64,000 nt of DNA from Bacteroidota bacterium (GTDB lineage: Bacteria; Bacteroidota; Bacteroidia; Flavobacteriales_D; Crocinitomicaceae). The stretch covers positions 550,815 through 614,814 of the forward strand of contig JAZKFZ010000003.1 in the NCBI GenBank assembly GCA_040386155.1, written 5' to 3'. Numbering within the stretch: the first letter of the stretch is position 1; every line of letters starts with the position of its first letter. The notes under the pieces are model-generated. The model made no database searches and was not told the DNA's origin. It saw only the letters and a program-made list of their open reading frames with translations. Shown piece by piece: positions 27,989 to 38,128 of this stretch. The translations under genes and the position numbers were made by a program.

Positions 27989-29380
27989 ATGTCAACAGCT
28001 TTTCAAACGCATATACACCATTTTCAGTCACTTTTAGGCGATCGTTGTCTTTTCGATTCGGCTGTTTTGGAACAGTATTCCCACGATGAAACGGAAGATT
28101 TATCATTTCCCCCGCAAGTGGTACTGAAACCTGAAACGACTAATGAAATTTCAAGCATCATGCGCTATTGCTTTGACAATGAAATTATTGTAACGCCTGC
28201 GGGAGCAAGAACAGGATTGAGTGGTGGAGCATTGCCCATCAAAGGAGGCGTCTTACTCTCCATGGAGAAATTCAACAAGATTCTTCATATCGATGAGAAA
28301 AATCATCAAGTGATCACTGAGCCGGGGGTAATTACTGAGGTATTGCAAATGGCAGTGAAAGAAAAAGGATTGTTTTATCCGCCCGACCCAGCAAGCAAAG
28401 GAAGTTGTTTTATCGGTGGAAATGTTTCAGAAAATTCTGGTGGACCAAAAGCGGTTAAATACGGCGTAACGAAAGATTATGTTCTGAATTTGGAAGTGGT
28501 GTTGCCGAATGGTGAAATTATTTGGACAGGTGCAAATGTGATTAAAAATGCTACGGGCTATAATCTAACACAATTGCTAGTAGGTTCTGAAGGAACACTT
28601 GCCATCATCACAAAAATAGTATTACGACTAATTCCCCATCCAACGCATAATTTATTGATGTTGGTCCCTTTTTTTGATGCTGAAAAAGCCTGTGAAGCAG
28701 TAGCGGCCATTTTTCAAGCAGGAATTACACCGAGCGGATTGGAATTTATGGAACGTGATGCCTTAGTTTGGACACAAGATTTCACGCAAGATTTTAGTGT
28801 TGAAGTAGCGGAAAATCATGCTGCTCATCTGCTGATTGAAGTAGATGGTTTTGATCCTGACCAATTAATGCTTGAATGCGAAAAAATAGTTGGTGTTCTA
28901 GCGCATTTTGAAACTGACGAAATTCTTTTTGCAGAAAGCGAAGCACAAAAAAATAATTTATGGTCGCTTCGAAGAAAAGTGGGCGAAGCCGTAAAGTCGC
29001 AATCGATCTACAAAGAGGAAGATACCGTTGTACCTCGCTACGAGCTTCCTGCCCTTTTGAAATGTGTGAAGGATGTTGGAAGTAAGTACGGATTTAAGTC
29101 TGTTTGTTATGGTCACGCTGGCGATGGAAACCTCCATGTAAATATCATCAAAGGAGATTTAACGGACGAACAGTGGGAAAATGAATTACCAATTGCTATT
29201 CGCGAAATATTTACGAAAGTAGTAGAATTAGGCGGCACGCTTTCTGGCGAACATGGCATTGGCTTGGTTCAGAAACCGTTCATGGACATCGCCTTTCCAG
29301 AAATTACATTACAATTAATGCGCGATATTAAAAAAGTATTTGATCCAAAAAACATCTTGAATCCAGGGAAGATTTTTTAG
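27989..29380 (+). CDS. FAD-linked oxidase (GlcD / D-lactate dehydrogenase family)
   Basis: FAD-binding PCMH region PAGARTGLSGGALP and C-terminal GEHGIGLVQK...FDPKNILNPGKIF. ATG at 27989; the track start 27932 is TTG. Confidence 0.88.
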   Translation: MSTAFQTHIHHFQSLLGDRCLFDSAVLEQYSHDETEDLSFPPQVVLKPETTNEISSIMRYCFDNEIIVTPAGARTGLSGGALPIKGGVLLSMEKFNKILHIDEKNHQVITEPGVITEVLQMAVKEKGLFYPPDPASKGSCFIGGNVSENSGGPKAVKYGVTKDYVLNLEVVLPNGEIIWTGANVIKNATGYNLTQLLVGSEGTLAIITKIVLRLIPHPTHNLLMLVPFFDAEKACEAVAAIFQAGITPSGLEFMERDALVWTQDFTQDFSVEVAENHAAHLLIEVDGFDPDQLMLECEKIVGVLAHFETDEILFAESEAQKNNLWSLRRKVGEAVKSQSIYKEEDTVVPRYELPALLKCVKDVGSKYGFKSVCYGHAGDGNLHVNIIKGDLTDEQWENELPIAIREIFTKVVELGGTLSGEHGIGLVQKPFMDIAFPEITLQLMRDIKKVFDPKNILNPGKIF

Positions 29381-29401
29381 TTTTTGTGATTCCTCACATT
29401 T

Positions 29402-29953
29402 TTAATTGTTGAGAAAATCTAGCTGTCCACTTTTCATTTTTGCATAGGCAGTAGAGAGATACGCTAAGATATTTCGCATAGCATCAAACGCTTCTTCAGA
29501 CTCCTTACTGATTTCTTTACGTTGCAATTTCAACAACAATTTCATGTAAAGAGCATGGAATGACACCTCAATTTCGTTTTTGTCTTTCACATTAGATCGC
29601 TCTTTGAATTCATTGATGAACGGAAGAGCAATTTCAAAGAGTTTACGGTAACGCTCATCTTGAGAAACATTCATCAAGATATTGTGCAAATATGAAAGCT
29701 CGATGAGTAATTCGGTAATTTCTTGTAAATGTCCCGTTTTTTCAATGCGCTGAAAAATCATCTGTTTCACCACCTCCGTAAACCAAACTTTAGATTCCTC
29801 AGCCTTTGTTTCATCTTCAATCTGCAGATTCACAAAGTTCGTCATGATTAAATCGATGTTTAAATCATACGCACGCACCAAATCCTCAATTTGATACATG
29901 TACAGAATGTATTCTGCAACGTTTTCTTTGAGCTTTTCGGGATTAAAATCCAT
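29402..29953 (-). CDS. DUF4924-like conserved Bacteroidota protein
   Basis: N-terminal NVAEYILYMYQIEDLVRAY motif as I recall it for DUF4924. Its start overlaps the stop of the upstream OmpH gene (TAATG coupling). Confidence 0.65.
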   Translation of the reverse strand: MDFNPEKLKENVAEYILYMYQIEDLVRAYDLNIDLIMTNFVNLQIEDETKAEESKVWFTEVVKQMIFQRIEKTGHLQEITELLIELSYLHNILMNVSQDERYRKLFEIALPFINEFKERSNVKDKNEIEVSFHALYMKLLLKLQRKEISKESEEAFDAMRNILAYLSTAYAKMKSGQLDFLNN

Positions 29954-30561
29954 TATTTCAGACCTTTTTCGATGTCTTTTTGACGTTGATTTAAAAACTC
30001 AATGAATTCTTTCGTCACATTCATTCCCTCAGTTATGAAGTTGATTTGCCCCCCTTCTGCATGAATCAAAAGGATATCAATTTTATTTTTCTCACTAAAT
30101 TCCTTTCCGAATGCAGTAATTTTCTTTTGAATATCTGTCAATTTCTCCATGGTCTCCTTTTCTAAAGAAGCACCACGTTCTTGCTGATAGCGCATCAACT
30201 CACCTTCCATCTGCTGTGCTTTTTGTTGCACCATCATAATTTCATTCTGAGAAAGCAATCCACTTTTAGCATCGCTTTCACGATTACTGATGTACGACTG
30301 GAGTTCTTTCGTTTTACGCTCAATTTCCTTTTGAAATGCCAACTGTTTCTTTGTTACCAATGAATCTTGCACACGGTAATAGTCGAATTGCGTTTTTAAA
30401 CTATCGCTTAAATAATAGGCAATTTTCAACTCTCCAATTTTAGCTGCTTCAATTTTAGGGGTTGTAGAGGCTTCTGAAGTCTCCTTTGTTTTTCCACCAC
30501 AAGCAGTTAAAACAAGAGCCGTAAGTGATACAAGTAAAAAATTATTGTTCATTTGGTACAT
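29953..30561 (-). CDS. OmpH/Skp-family periplasmic chaperone (lipoprotein)
   Basis: Lipobox LVLTACGG and a coiled-coil Q/E/K-rich body typical of Skp. Confidence 0.8.
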   Translation of the reverse strand: MYQMNNNFLLVSLTALVLTACGGKTKETSEASTTPKIEAAKIGELKIAYYLSDSLKTQFDYYRVQDSLVTKKQLAFQKEIERKTKELQSYISNRESDAKSGLLSQNEIMMVQQKAQQMEGELMRYQQERGASLEKETMEKLTDIQKKITAFGKEFSEKNKIDILLIHAEGGQINFITEGMNVTKEFIEFLNQRQKDIEKGLK

Positions 30562-30799
30562 TTTTATGTGTAAAAGCTGTTTCCCAATCCGTGCGCATGG
30601 AGATGAATCGATGCAAACAATTAGATAAAAATTCCGATGTAAGCATGTTGTCGATTTCGTTCATGTCACTAATTTCCAAGTCATTAATTTTGAACGTTTG
30701 TTCATATTGTCCCAACTCAATCTTCAAAATATATTTGGAGTTGTAATGAAACAATTGAATTTTGTAACGTTCGTGCGGAATATCTTTGACTAGGCGCAT
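30542..30799 (-). CDS. Small hypothetical protein (85 aa)
   Basis: The ORF overlaps the OmpH start by 20 nt. The composition is plausible and I recognised no family. Confidence 0.45.
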   Translation of the reverse strand: MRLVKDIPHERYKIQLFHYNSKYILKIELGQYEQTFKINDLEISDMNEIDNMLTSEFLSNCLHRFISMRTDWETAFTHKNVPNEQ

Positions 30800-30874
30800 A
30801 GCACAAAAATAGCGTTTTCATTTAAAAAACGGCAATAACAAATATCAATAAAAGAAAAAAACAGAAAGAATGAG

Positions 30875-31285
30875 TTAAATAGCGATGTTGTGATCGTCTA
30901 CATATTCTTTAAATTCAAATGGAACCTTCACCATGTAAGCGTAATCTTGACCTACTTCGTACATGTCTTCATCCGATTCACGAAAGTACCACTCCACGCT
31001 AGCGATTCTTTTAGCATCCACCAATTCATTTAGCTTATACAGCAAGAATAATATGCGCTTAGAAGAAGTGATGTTAAAATATTCTAGATTGATCTTCACC
31101 GTTGTGGTATCACAAGGATTTAGCAGGTAACCTTCGAACCAATTTAACACTGGAATCCAAAAATCATCTGGTTGGTCAGGAATTGATCTTCCAGCAATTT
31201 CCATTATCCCTGATGTTGGGTTAAAGTTAATTTCTGGTGTTTGAGCTGTAGCTTCTTTAAAATACAATTCCATGGTTGAATTCAA
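30875..31285 (-). CDS. DUF1987 (SiaC-like) protein
   Basis: The N-terminal pattern ..TPEINFNPTSGIMEIAGRSIPDQPDDFWIPVLNWFEGYL matches my recall of DUF1987. Confidence 0.7.
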   Translation of the reverse strand: MNSTMELYFKEATAQTPEINFNPTSGIMEIAGRSIPDQPDDFWIPVLNWFEGYLLNPCDTTTVKINLEYFNITSSKRILFLLYKLNELVDAKRIASVEWYFRESDEDMYEVGQDYAYMVKVPFEFKEYVDDHNIAI

Positions 31286-31418
31286 TTATAAAGATGCTAA
31301 ATTGACTAAAAAAAGATAGCTCTTGAAATATTTTATACCAATGCAATTAATTCGTAGATGAATCACCAATATTATCCTATAAAAGTATTTTCATTGAGTA
31401 AAAACACCCTTTCATTGA

Positions 31419-32255
31419 CTATTTGGCACTTTTGAGGAAATAATCGGTAATTTGCTCGATAGGTTTTTGAATGACATTGATGATTGGAACTTGTTTTCCA
31501 ATTAAGATCTCTTTGATTAAATGACGTTGATGGAATGCATACGACCCTGTAAAGGCAATTCCTTTTTTCAAATTTTTTAAGGACTCAATCGAATTTAAAA
31601 AGGTAGTGATGTTAAGTTCATGAATCCATTGAATTTCTTTGCTTTCGCTGGCACCAAATTGCAGTGCAAGATTCGCTACAAAATTCCGACCATTTTCACT
31701 ATACACCTTACTGATGATTTCACTACGATCGCCGATAGCTATGTGAATCTCCTGAGTCAGTTCTGTCGACAAGCGATTTTCAAGCAACAATTTCAATAGT
31801 AAGCGACCAAACGAAAACGCACTTCCTTCATCACCAAGTATATAGCCAAGTCCTCCTTTCAATTCTACTACTTCCCCATCGTCGAAATAAGCGGCAACAG
31901 AACCTGTTCCAAGAATTGCAAACACCCCACTCTTTTCAGCAAAAAGCGCTAATCCAGCACCGTGTAAATCTGATTTAACATGCACATTTTGATGACCTAA
32001 TTGCTCTAGCATCTCTTTCATTCTTACTGCTTTTTCTTCTGCAAAACATCCTGCTCCAAAGAAATAAACTTCGTCAGCTAAAAAGTTGCTTTTTTCGCTC
32101 CAAAAAGCTTGCTCTGTTTGCATAAACGACTCTCCCCAGTGAATTGGGTGGTAGGAATTTCCTGAGAAATAGTTTCGTTCGCCATTTTCAGCCACAAAAC
32201 ACCAATCAGTTGATGTACCTCCGCTATCTGCAATTAGAATTGATTTTTTCATCAA
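31419..32255 (-). CDS. BadF/BadG/BcrA/BcrD-type ATPase (N-acetylglucosamine-kinase-like)
   Basis: ASKHA phosphate-1 motif IADSGGTSTDW, with a later GTGS and a LGDEGS motif. Confidence 0.78.
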   Translation of the reverse strand: MMKKSILIADSGGTSTDWCFVAENGERNYFSGNSYHPIHWGESFMQTEQAFWSEKSNFLADEVYFFGAGCFAEEKAVRMKEMLEQLGHQNVHVKSDLHGAGLALFAEKSGVFAILGTGSVAAYFDDGEVVELKGGLGYILGDEGSAFSFGRLLLKLLLENRLSTELTQEIHIAIGDRSEIISKVYSENGRNFVANLALQFGASESKEIQWIHELNITTFLNSIESLKNLKKGIAFTGSYAFHQRHLIKEILIGKQVPIINVIQKPIEQITDYFLKSAK

Positions 32256-32276
32256 GTCAAAGTTAAGTTTTTAAAT

Positions 32277-33194
32277 TTGAGCGTGCAATTACAAGATAAA
32301 TACAAAATCATACAGCAACTCGGAAGTCAAAAAAGACGGAAGTTTGCCGACGTATTTCTAGTAGAAGAAATCGACACCAAAAAGCGATTTGTATTGAAAT
32401 TTGCAGCTCTAGAAAAACATGGCGAAGTTGGTGTTGAGCAGTTGAAGCAAGAAGCAGCATTTACTTTTTCCTTTCCTGGACTTCCGCTTTTAGTTGAAAA
32501 AGTAGTTTCTGAAAACGAGGCTTTATTGCTGTTTGAATGGAAAAATGGAACTACACTGGATGTATTCACGAAGGAAATGCGCAAGAAAGAAAAAATTACA
32601 TTTATCAAGGAATTTACAACTGAAATCGTACCTATTTTTAAATTTTTAGCGAAAGAACGTATTGTTCACTGCGATATTAAAGAAAGTAATTTTTTAATCG
32701 ATAGAAAGGATGGACAATTAGTTGTTTCCTTGATTGATTTTGGATTGGCGATCAACACGCATCACCTTCCAACGCGTAAAACACTGTTTCCACTTGGTTA
32801 TGCTGCACCAGAATTATTGCTAAACCAACTTTCGCTTGTTGACCAACGAACGGATTTTTTCTCTCTTGGGATCATTTATTGGAAGATGATGGTTGGTAAT
32901 CTACCTTTAACGCATGCGAATCCGAGTATTTTTACAAATTTACAGCTCACACATCCCCTACCAAAAGACGGAAAAATACCGAAGGAATTATTTGAAATTT
33001 TAGCGAAAATGTGTGCAAAGCATCAATTTCAGACAGCTCCAAATAGAATGGAAAGAGATAAGGTTTTAGAATGTTTGGAAGAAGGCAAATCCAAACGCTA
33101 CTCTAGTATTGATGAAATTGAAAAAGACATACTCCAACTTCCAGAAAGAAGGTCTTTTTTAATAAATTTCTTTTCTAAATCCAATTCCAAATAG
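32277..33194 (+). CDS. Hanks-type Ser/Thr protein kinase, kinase domain only
   Basis: Catalytic loop HCDIKESN, DFG (IDFGLA), and APE (YAAPE). The Gly-rich loop is degenerate. TTG start. Confidence 0.8.
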   Translation: MSVQLQDKYKIIQQLGSQKRRKFADVFLVEEIDTKKRFVLKFAALEKHGEVGVEQLKQEAAFTFSFPGLPLLVEKVVSENEALLLFEWKNGTTLDVFTKEMRKKEKITFIKEFTTEIVPIFKFLAKERIVHCDIKESNFLIDRKDGQLVVSLIDFGLAINTHHLPTRKTLFPLGYAAPELLLNQLSLVDQRTDFFSLGIIYWKMMVGNLPLTHANPSIFTNLQLTHPLPKDGKIPKELFEILAKMCAKHQFQTAPNRMERDKVLECLEEGKSKRYSSIDEIEKDILQLPERRSFLINFFSKSNSK

Positions 33195-33821
33195 GAAAAA
33201 CAGTCGGCTGTATGAATTTGTCGAAGCGGCAGTGGTATTATTCGCTTGAGAAAGCAGCAAGTATGAAAAATCAGCATCAAAATAAATTGAACCAATTCCT
33301 GCAAAAGTATATTTTACTCCACCAGCTAAACCAGCACCAATACTAAAAATGGTTCCTTTTGGAATTTCAGTACTTGGTAATTCATACTTTACTTCATCGT
33401 ATTCATCGTACTTTCTCTTAACTGAACTAATTGCCAAGCTAAAATTTGCTCCACCGTATGCTGCAAAACCAGAATCATAACCTTCACCGATGTAATAACG
33501 AGTACCGCCCTCAATGATGTTGTAATTCATTTTATTTTGATAGTAAACTTGCAATTGGTAAGGATTCGTTGACACGTCACGTGCTGTTACATACGTGTAA
33601 TTAGTTCCGTCAACTGCATCTTTGTTCATCAGCGTTGTTGTGAATCTACCGTAAAAAGTAACTTGATCATCACGAGGAATCTCAACACCGATGTGCATTC
33701 CTCCATACGGCATTTTTACACCAAATCCCTTCAATAAGCTGAAACCTGCAGAAACGCCTACTTGCGCTCCAAGAAATAGACCATTCATCAAGAATAGCAC
33801 TAAAAATAATTTACTCTTCAT
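33159..33821 (-). CDS. Small outer-membrane beta-barrel (OmpA-N/porin-like) protein
   Basis: A start at 33821 gives MKSKLFLVLFLMNGLFLGAQ. Alternating Gly/aromatic strands and a C-terminal FGIGFRKEIY. Confidence 0.7.
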   Translation of the reverse strand: MKSKLFLVLFLMNGLFLGAQVGVSAGFSLLKGFGVKMPYGGMHIGVEIPRDDQVTFYGRFTTTLMNKDAVDGTNYTYVTARDVSTNPYQLQVYYQNKMNYNIIEGGTRYYIGEGYDSGFAAYGGANFSLAISSVKRKYDEYDEVKYELPSTEIPKGTIFSIGAGLAGGVKYTFAGIGSIYFDADFSYLLLSQANNTTAASTNSYSRLFFLFGIGFRKEIY

Positions 33822-34359
33822 ATTTTTTCCAACTAGGTTCATAACTCAAAATTACATTAAATATAGGACAATTTTCAACATGTGCACCCTTTAATAATCC
33901 AATACTCATCAAAAACTCACCTACAATTTCCCCGCCAACAAATTTAAAATGTTTTTTAAACAATTTCACCCACTCTATTTTAGTTAATGGATCATTTGTT
34001 TCAAGCCATTTTGCAAAACTCCCTTGCTCTTTCTGAAGCGTTACAATCTGCTTTGCATTATATATGACGGCGTTGACCTTTAATTTGTTGCGTATAATTC
34101 CAGCATCGTTCAATAATTCTTCAATTTTAGTTTCGGAATAATTCGCAATTTTTTGAATTGAAAAGGAATCAAATGCCTTTCTGAAATTTTCTTCTTTTTT
34201 TAACATCGTATCCCACGAAAGTCCAGCCTGATTGATTTCTAGGATCAAACGACCAAACAATTCATCATCATCAAGCAGCGGAAATCCATATTTTTGATCG
34301 TGGTAGATCTTATGGAGATGCTCGGCAGGCTTATCGGCACAAAAATCACAATATGACAT
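33811..34359 (-). CDS. tag: DNA-3-methyladenine glycosylase I
   Basis: 182 aa with YHDQKYGFP and LEINQAGLSW blocks and an N-terminal Cys/His zinc snap. Confidence 0.9.
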   Translation of the reverse strand: MSYCDFCADKPAEHLHKIYHDQKYGFPLLDDDELFGRLILEINQAGLSWDTMLKKEENFRKAFDSFSIQKIANYSETKIEELLNDAGIIRNKLKVNAVIYNAKQIVTLQKEQGSFAKWLETNDPLTKIEWVKLFKKHFKFVGGEIVGEFLMSIGLLKGAHVENCPIFNVILSYEPSWKKYEE

Positions 34360-34505
34360 AGCGTTTAGTTGAATTCAAAATTAATTGAAGTGTCGCAAAA
34401 ATGAGAACGTAAAAATAACTTTTTTAATATAAATTATTATCGATAAATTTGTCAATAAAATGGCTCGCTAATTGCAGAGAGCTGATTACCATTAAAATAA
34501 AAAAT

Positions 34506-34796
34506 ATGAAAAACGTAGTTCTTCTGTTTGCTTTTATTTTGTCTTCTGCGATCACTAATCAAGTGATGGCACAGGATAAGTCAGCTGATTCAAATACTAA
34601 ATTGAAATCTAAAACTACTGGCAGTCGCAAAGGCAAAGATGACAATTGCTATTTAGACGGTAATGGAGGTGGAAAAGTGGATACGACTAGCGTAGTTTCT
34701 CCTGTAGAAGCGCTTCCTGGAGGTAAAAAAGCGAAGGAAGTTGGTAAATCGCTTATCAATGACACGGGAATTAAGCCCAAATTTAAGTTTCCGTAA
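34506..34796 (+). CDS. Small secreted hypothetical protein
   Basis: The ATG at 34506 gives the signal peptide MKNVVLLFAFILSSAITNQVMAQ. Low-complexity K/G-rich mature part. Confidence 0.5.
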   Translation: MKNVVLLFAFILSSAITNQVMAQDKSADSNTKLKSKTTGSRKGKDDNCYLDGNGGGKVDTTSVVSPVEALPGGKKAKEVGKSLINDTGIKPKFKFP

Positions 34797-34802
34797 GTTT
34801 TT

Positions 34803-35387
34803 ATGGCGATATACGAATTCAACGGATTCCGTCCTGTTATCAAAAAAAGTTCTTTTGTTCACCCTCAAGCTTCCGTTATTGGAAATGTAATTATTGGTGA
34901 AAACGTCTATGTTGGTCCTTCTGCTGTTATTCGCGGCGATTGGGGTAAAATCATTATCGAAGACGGTTGCAATGTTCAAGAAAATTGTACCATCCACATG
35001 TTTCCCGGCACTATTACCCTCTTGAAAAAAGGAGCTCATATTGGTCATGGAGCCATCATTCACGGCGGAACAATCGGTGAAAATTGCCTGATCGGAATGA
35101 ATAGCGTAATAATGGATGATGTTGTGATCGAAGAAGAATGTATCATCGGAGCTTTATCGCTCGTTCCTCAAAAAATGCATATTCCACGAAGAAGTTTATT
35201 GGTGGGCAATCCTGCAAAAATTGTTAAAGAAGTTTCAGATGAAATGATTGCTTGGAAAACAAAAGGAACAGCTCTGTATCAAGCCTTACCAAAAGAAATG
35301 CACGAAACGCATAAGGAATGTGAACCTTTATTGGAAGAGGAAGAAAACAGACCAGTTCAAGAAAATTTCTATCAGTTATTTAAATAG
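34803..35387 (+). CDS. Gamma-carbonic-anhydrase / PaaY-like left-handed beta-helix (hexapeptide) protein
   Basis: Hexapeptide repeats throughout (VIGNVIIGENVYVGPSAVIRGD..). Confidence 0.85.
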   Translation: MAIYEFNGFRPVIKKSSFVHPQASVIGNVIIGENVYVGPSAVIRGDWGKIIIEDGCNVQENCTIHMFPGTITLLKKGAHIGHGAIIHGGTIGENCLIGMNSVIMDDVVIEEECIIGALSLVPQKMHIPRRSLLVGNPAKIVKEVSDEMIAWKTKGTALYQALPKEMHETHKECEPLLEEEENRPVQENFYQLFK

Positions 35388-35388
35388 A

Positions 35389-36777
35389 TTATACTGTAGG
35401 AACCGCAGTCTGAGAAATCGCTCCAAATCCACCAGCCACTTCCAAGAAATTATCAAAGCCTCGTGCTTTTAATATCGAAGCGGCAATCATACTTCTGTAC
35501 CCACCCTGACAGTGAATGATAAATTGTTGATCCTTTGGAAAGGCCTCCATTTCGTTCGCAAGAAAATCAAGCGGAACACTTTTAGCACCCTTCACGTGAC
35601 TTCCTTCGTATTCTCCGGGTTTTCGCACATCAATAACCTTGCTACTTGGTGAATAATTTTGAGCAAAATCTACTGCTGAAATGCGTTTTACATGATCAAC
35701 TTCTTTTCCAGCTCCTTTCCACGCTTCAAAGCCACCTTTCAAATAGCCAGCAACATTGTCAAACCCAACTCGAGCGAGGCGTTTTACCGCTTCCTCTTCT
35801 TCTCCTTGTGCTGTAATCAACAATATATCTTGTTTCACATCAGGAATCATAGCTCCAACCCACGGTGCAAATTGTCCGTCAAGTCCAATATTGATAGCGT
35901 TTGGAATAAATCCTTCTGAAAAAATTTGGGCGTTTCGCGTATCCAGTATTAAAAAATCAGCCTCATTGGCTTTGTTTTCAAACTCAGTGGGCGACAAAGG
36001 TTTTAATCCGCGTTCCATCACATCTGAAATTGAATCGTAGCCTTGTTTATTCATCAGCACATTCATTCCAAAATAGCCTGGAGGTGGCAATAAACCATCC
36101 GTTACTTCAGCGACAAACTCCTGCTCGGTCATATTTTCTCTCAAAGCATAGTTTGATTCCTTTTGATCCCCAATAGTTGATGTTGTTTCTTTGGACATTT
36201 TCTTTCCACAAGCTGATCCCGCACCATGCGCAGGATAAACGATCACATCTTCTGGTAAAGTCATGACCTTTTCCCGTAATGACTTATATAAAATTGCCGC
36301 TAACTGCTCTTGTGTCATTGTCGCAGCCTTTTGTGCTAAGTCCGGTCGACCTACATCTCCAATAAACAAAGTATCACCCGAAAACAAGGCATGTTCTTTG
36401 CCATTTTCATCCATCAACAAATAACAAGTACTCTCCATCGTATGTCCGGGAGTGTGCAATACTTTAATTGTTATGTTTCCTAGCGATAAAATTTCACCGT
36501 CAGATGCACTATGCACCGGATAGCTAGGGTTAGCATTTGGACCAAAAACAATTTGTGCGCCAGTTGCCTTGGCCAAATCCACGTGTCCTGATACAAAATC
36601 CGCATGAAAATGCGTTTCTAAAATATATTTTATTGTTACATTATCACGTTTTGCGCGCTCAATGTAAGGTGTAATTTCTCTCAATGGATCGATGATAACT
36701 GCTTCACCGTTAGATGTAATGTAGTAAGCGCCTTGTGCTAAACAGCCTGTGTAAATTTGTTCAATTTGGAAATTCAT
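35389..36777 (-). CDS. MBL-fold persulfide-dioxygenase-like hydrolase fused to two rhodanese domains
   Basis: HxHxDH motif (ETHFHADFVSGH) plus a C-terminal rhodanese active loop CQGGYRS. Confidence 0.88.
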   Translation of the reverse strand: MNFQIEQIYTGCLAQGAYYITSNGEAVIIDPLREITPYIERAKRDNVTIKYILETHFHADFVSGHVDLAKATGAQIVFGPNANPSYPVHSASDGEILSLGNITIKVLHTPGHTMESTCYLLMDENGKEHALFSGDTLFIGDVGRPDLAQKAATMTQEQLAAILYKSLREKVMTLPEDVIVYPAHGAGSACGKKMSKETTSTIGDQKESNYALRENMTEQEFVAEVTDGLLPPPGYFGMNVLMNKQGYDSISDVMERGLKPLSPTEFENKANEADFLILDTRNAQIFSEGFIPNAINIGLDGQFAPWVGAMIPDVKQDILLITAQGEEEEAVKRLARVGFDNVAGYLKGGFEAWKGAGKEVDHVKRISAVDFAQNYSPSSKVIDVRKPGEYEGSHVKGAKSVPLDFLANEMEAFPKDQQFIIHCQGGYRSMIAASILKARGFDNFLEVAGGFGAISQTAVPTV

Positions 36778-36844
36778 AATGAGTCAATTGTAAATTATTC
36801 ATATCAAAATTAGTGATTTTGCAAGATTAATTGAGAAATGTAAT

Positions 36845-36852
36845 TAAATTTG
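36845..36852 (+). promoter_or_regulatory. Candidate -7 box TAAATTTG for the SRP RNA gene
   Basis: TAnnTTTG match ending 6 nt before the GGGG 5' stem of the RNA. Confidence 0.5.
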
Positions 36853-36855
36853 CAG

Positions 36856-36958
36856 CTGGGGTAAGTCTTGTACGACCAGCTCCCTCTTAATCCTCCAGGA
36901 CAGGAATGTAGCAAAGGTGTGAGGTTGTAGCGGTGCGATGTGAGTAGCTTACCCCTCT
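36856..36958 (+). ncRNA. ffs: Signal recognition particle RNA (small bacterial type, 4.5S-like)
   Basis: The terminal helix is GGGGTAAG (36858-65) / CTTACCCC (36948-55). The domain IV signature is CCAGG-ACA-GGAA-TGT-AGCA-AAGG, that is a GGAA tetraloop closed by ACA/UGT and flanked by the conserved AGG / AGCA loop. A T run follows at 36956-36965. Confidence 0.82.
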
Positions 36959-37029
36959 TTTTTTGCCTTTTTGTTAACAATTATTAATAAGTCAAGGCTC
37001 CTTTCACCTAGCAAATTCACTTCGTATTT

Positions 37030-37037
37030 TACCTTTG
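37030..37037 (+). promoter_or_regulatory. Candidate -7 box TACCTTTG upstream of the aldolase gene
   Basis: TAnnTTTG match 22 nt before the ATG at 37060. Confidence 0.45.
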
Positions 37038-37059
37038 TTAAAATTAATAAAAGTAAGCT

Positions 37060-37713
37060 ATGAAATTTTTCATCGATACTGCTAATCTGAATGATATTCG
37101 TGAAGCAAATGATTTAGGCATATTGGACGGAGTGACCACAAATCCTTCTCTAATGGCTAAGGAAGGAATTACTGGAGCTGAGAATATTTTGAATCATTAT
37201 GTTCAAATTTGCAATATCGTTGATGGACCAGTTAGCGCTGAAGTAATTGCTACCGATTTTGAAGGTATGGTGCGTGAAGGTGAAGCATTAGCCAAATTAC
37301 ACAAAAACATTGTGGTGAAAATCCCTATGATTTCAGAAGGAATTAAAGCAATAAAATATTTCTCACGAAAAGGTATCAAAACAAATTGCACGTTGATTTT
37401 TTCTGCGGGTCAGGCTTTATTAGCAGCGAAAGCAGGGGCAAGTTATATTTCTCCATTTTTAGGTCGCTTGGATGATGTTTCTACTAATGGAATTGACTTA
37501 ATTGCTCAAATTCGACTTATCTACGATAATTATTTATTTGATACTGAGATTTTAGCAGCATCAGTGCGTCACCCAATGCATATTATTCAATGTGCTGAAA
37601 TTGGTGCAGATGTGATGACGGGACCTTTGATTGCTATCAAAGCATTAGCGAAGCACCCTTTGACTGATCTTGGCTTACAACAATTCTTAGCGGATCACGC
37701 GAAAGGAAATTAA
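37060..37713 (+). CDS. Fructose-6-phosphate aldolase / short transaldolase (family 3B)
   Basis: 217 aa with [31 protein letters not shown] and Schiff-base Lys context VVKIPM. Confidence 0.92.
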   Translation: MKFFIDTANLNDIREANDLGILDGVTTNPSLMAKEGITGAENILNHYVQICNIVDGPVSAEVIATDFEGMVREGEALAKLHKNIVVKIPMISEGIKAIKYFSRKGIKTNCTLIFSAGQALLAAKAGASYISPFLGRLDDVSTNGIDLIAQIRLIYDNYLFDTEILAASVRHPMHIIQCAEIGADVMTGPLIAIKALAKHPLTDLGLQQFLADHAKGN

Positions 37714-38096
37714 TGACGGAAGATCCCCTCGATTCCAAAATTAAGATTGATCCTCCCCTCGTTTCTATTGATATTGTAAAATGGTGGGAACGAAAACGAT
37801 GGGTTTTCAACGTAGTTTTGATTGTTTCGTTCGTGTTCTTTACCTATCTCGTTTCTCAATTTGAAATGAAAGATTACGTTTTCAAGAACTTAAAAGCTGC
37901 TTTCTTAATCGAATTGGTTCTCGGCAATATTATTTATTGTTTTTCTTGGCTGATTGAGTTGATGGTAAATTTTTACGCTGATAAAGTCCGATTTTCAGAT
38001 AATTTAAAGTGGGCAGTTTTTGCAATGGGATTGCTGATTACTGTTATTGTTTCATTTTTTGTCGTGGATGCAGTGATTGATTTTCGGTTTATTTAG
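37713..38096 (+). CDS. Hypothetical membrane protein (127 aa)
   Basis: Three hydrophobic helices. The start overlaps the upstream stop (TAATG). Confidence 0.55.
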   Translation: MTEDPLDSKIKIDPPLVSIDIVKWWERKRWVFNVVLIVSFVFFTYLVSQFEMKDYVFKNLKAAFLIELVLGNIIYCFSWLIELMVNFYADKVRFSDNLKWAVFAMGLLITVIVSFFVVDAVIDFRFI

Positions 38097-38128
38097 AGAT
38101 TTTATAATTTAAAAATCTGATAATCAAT

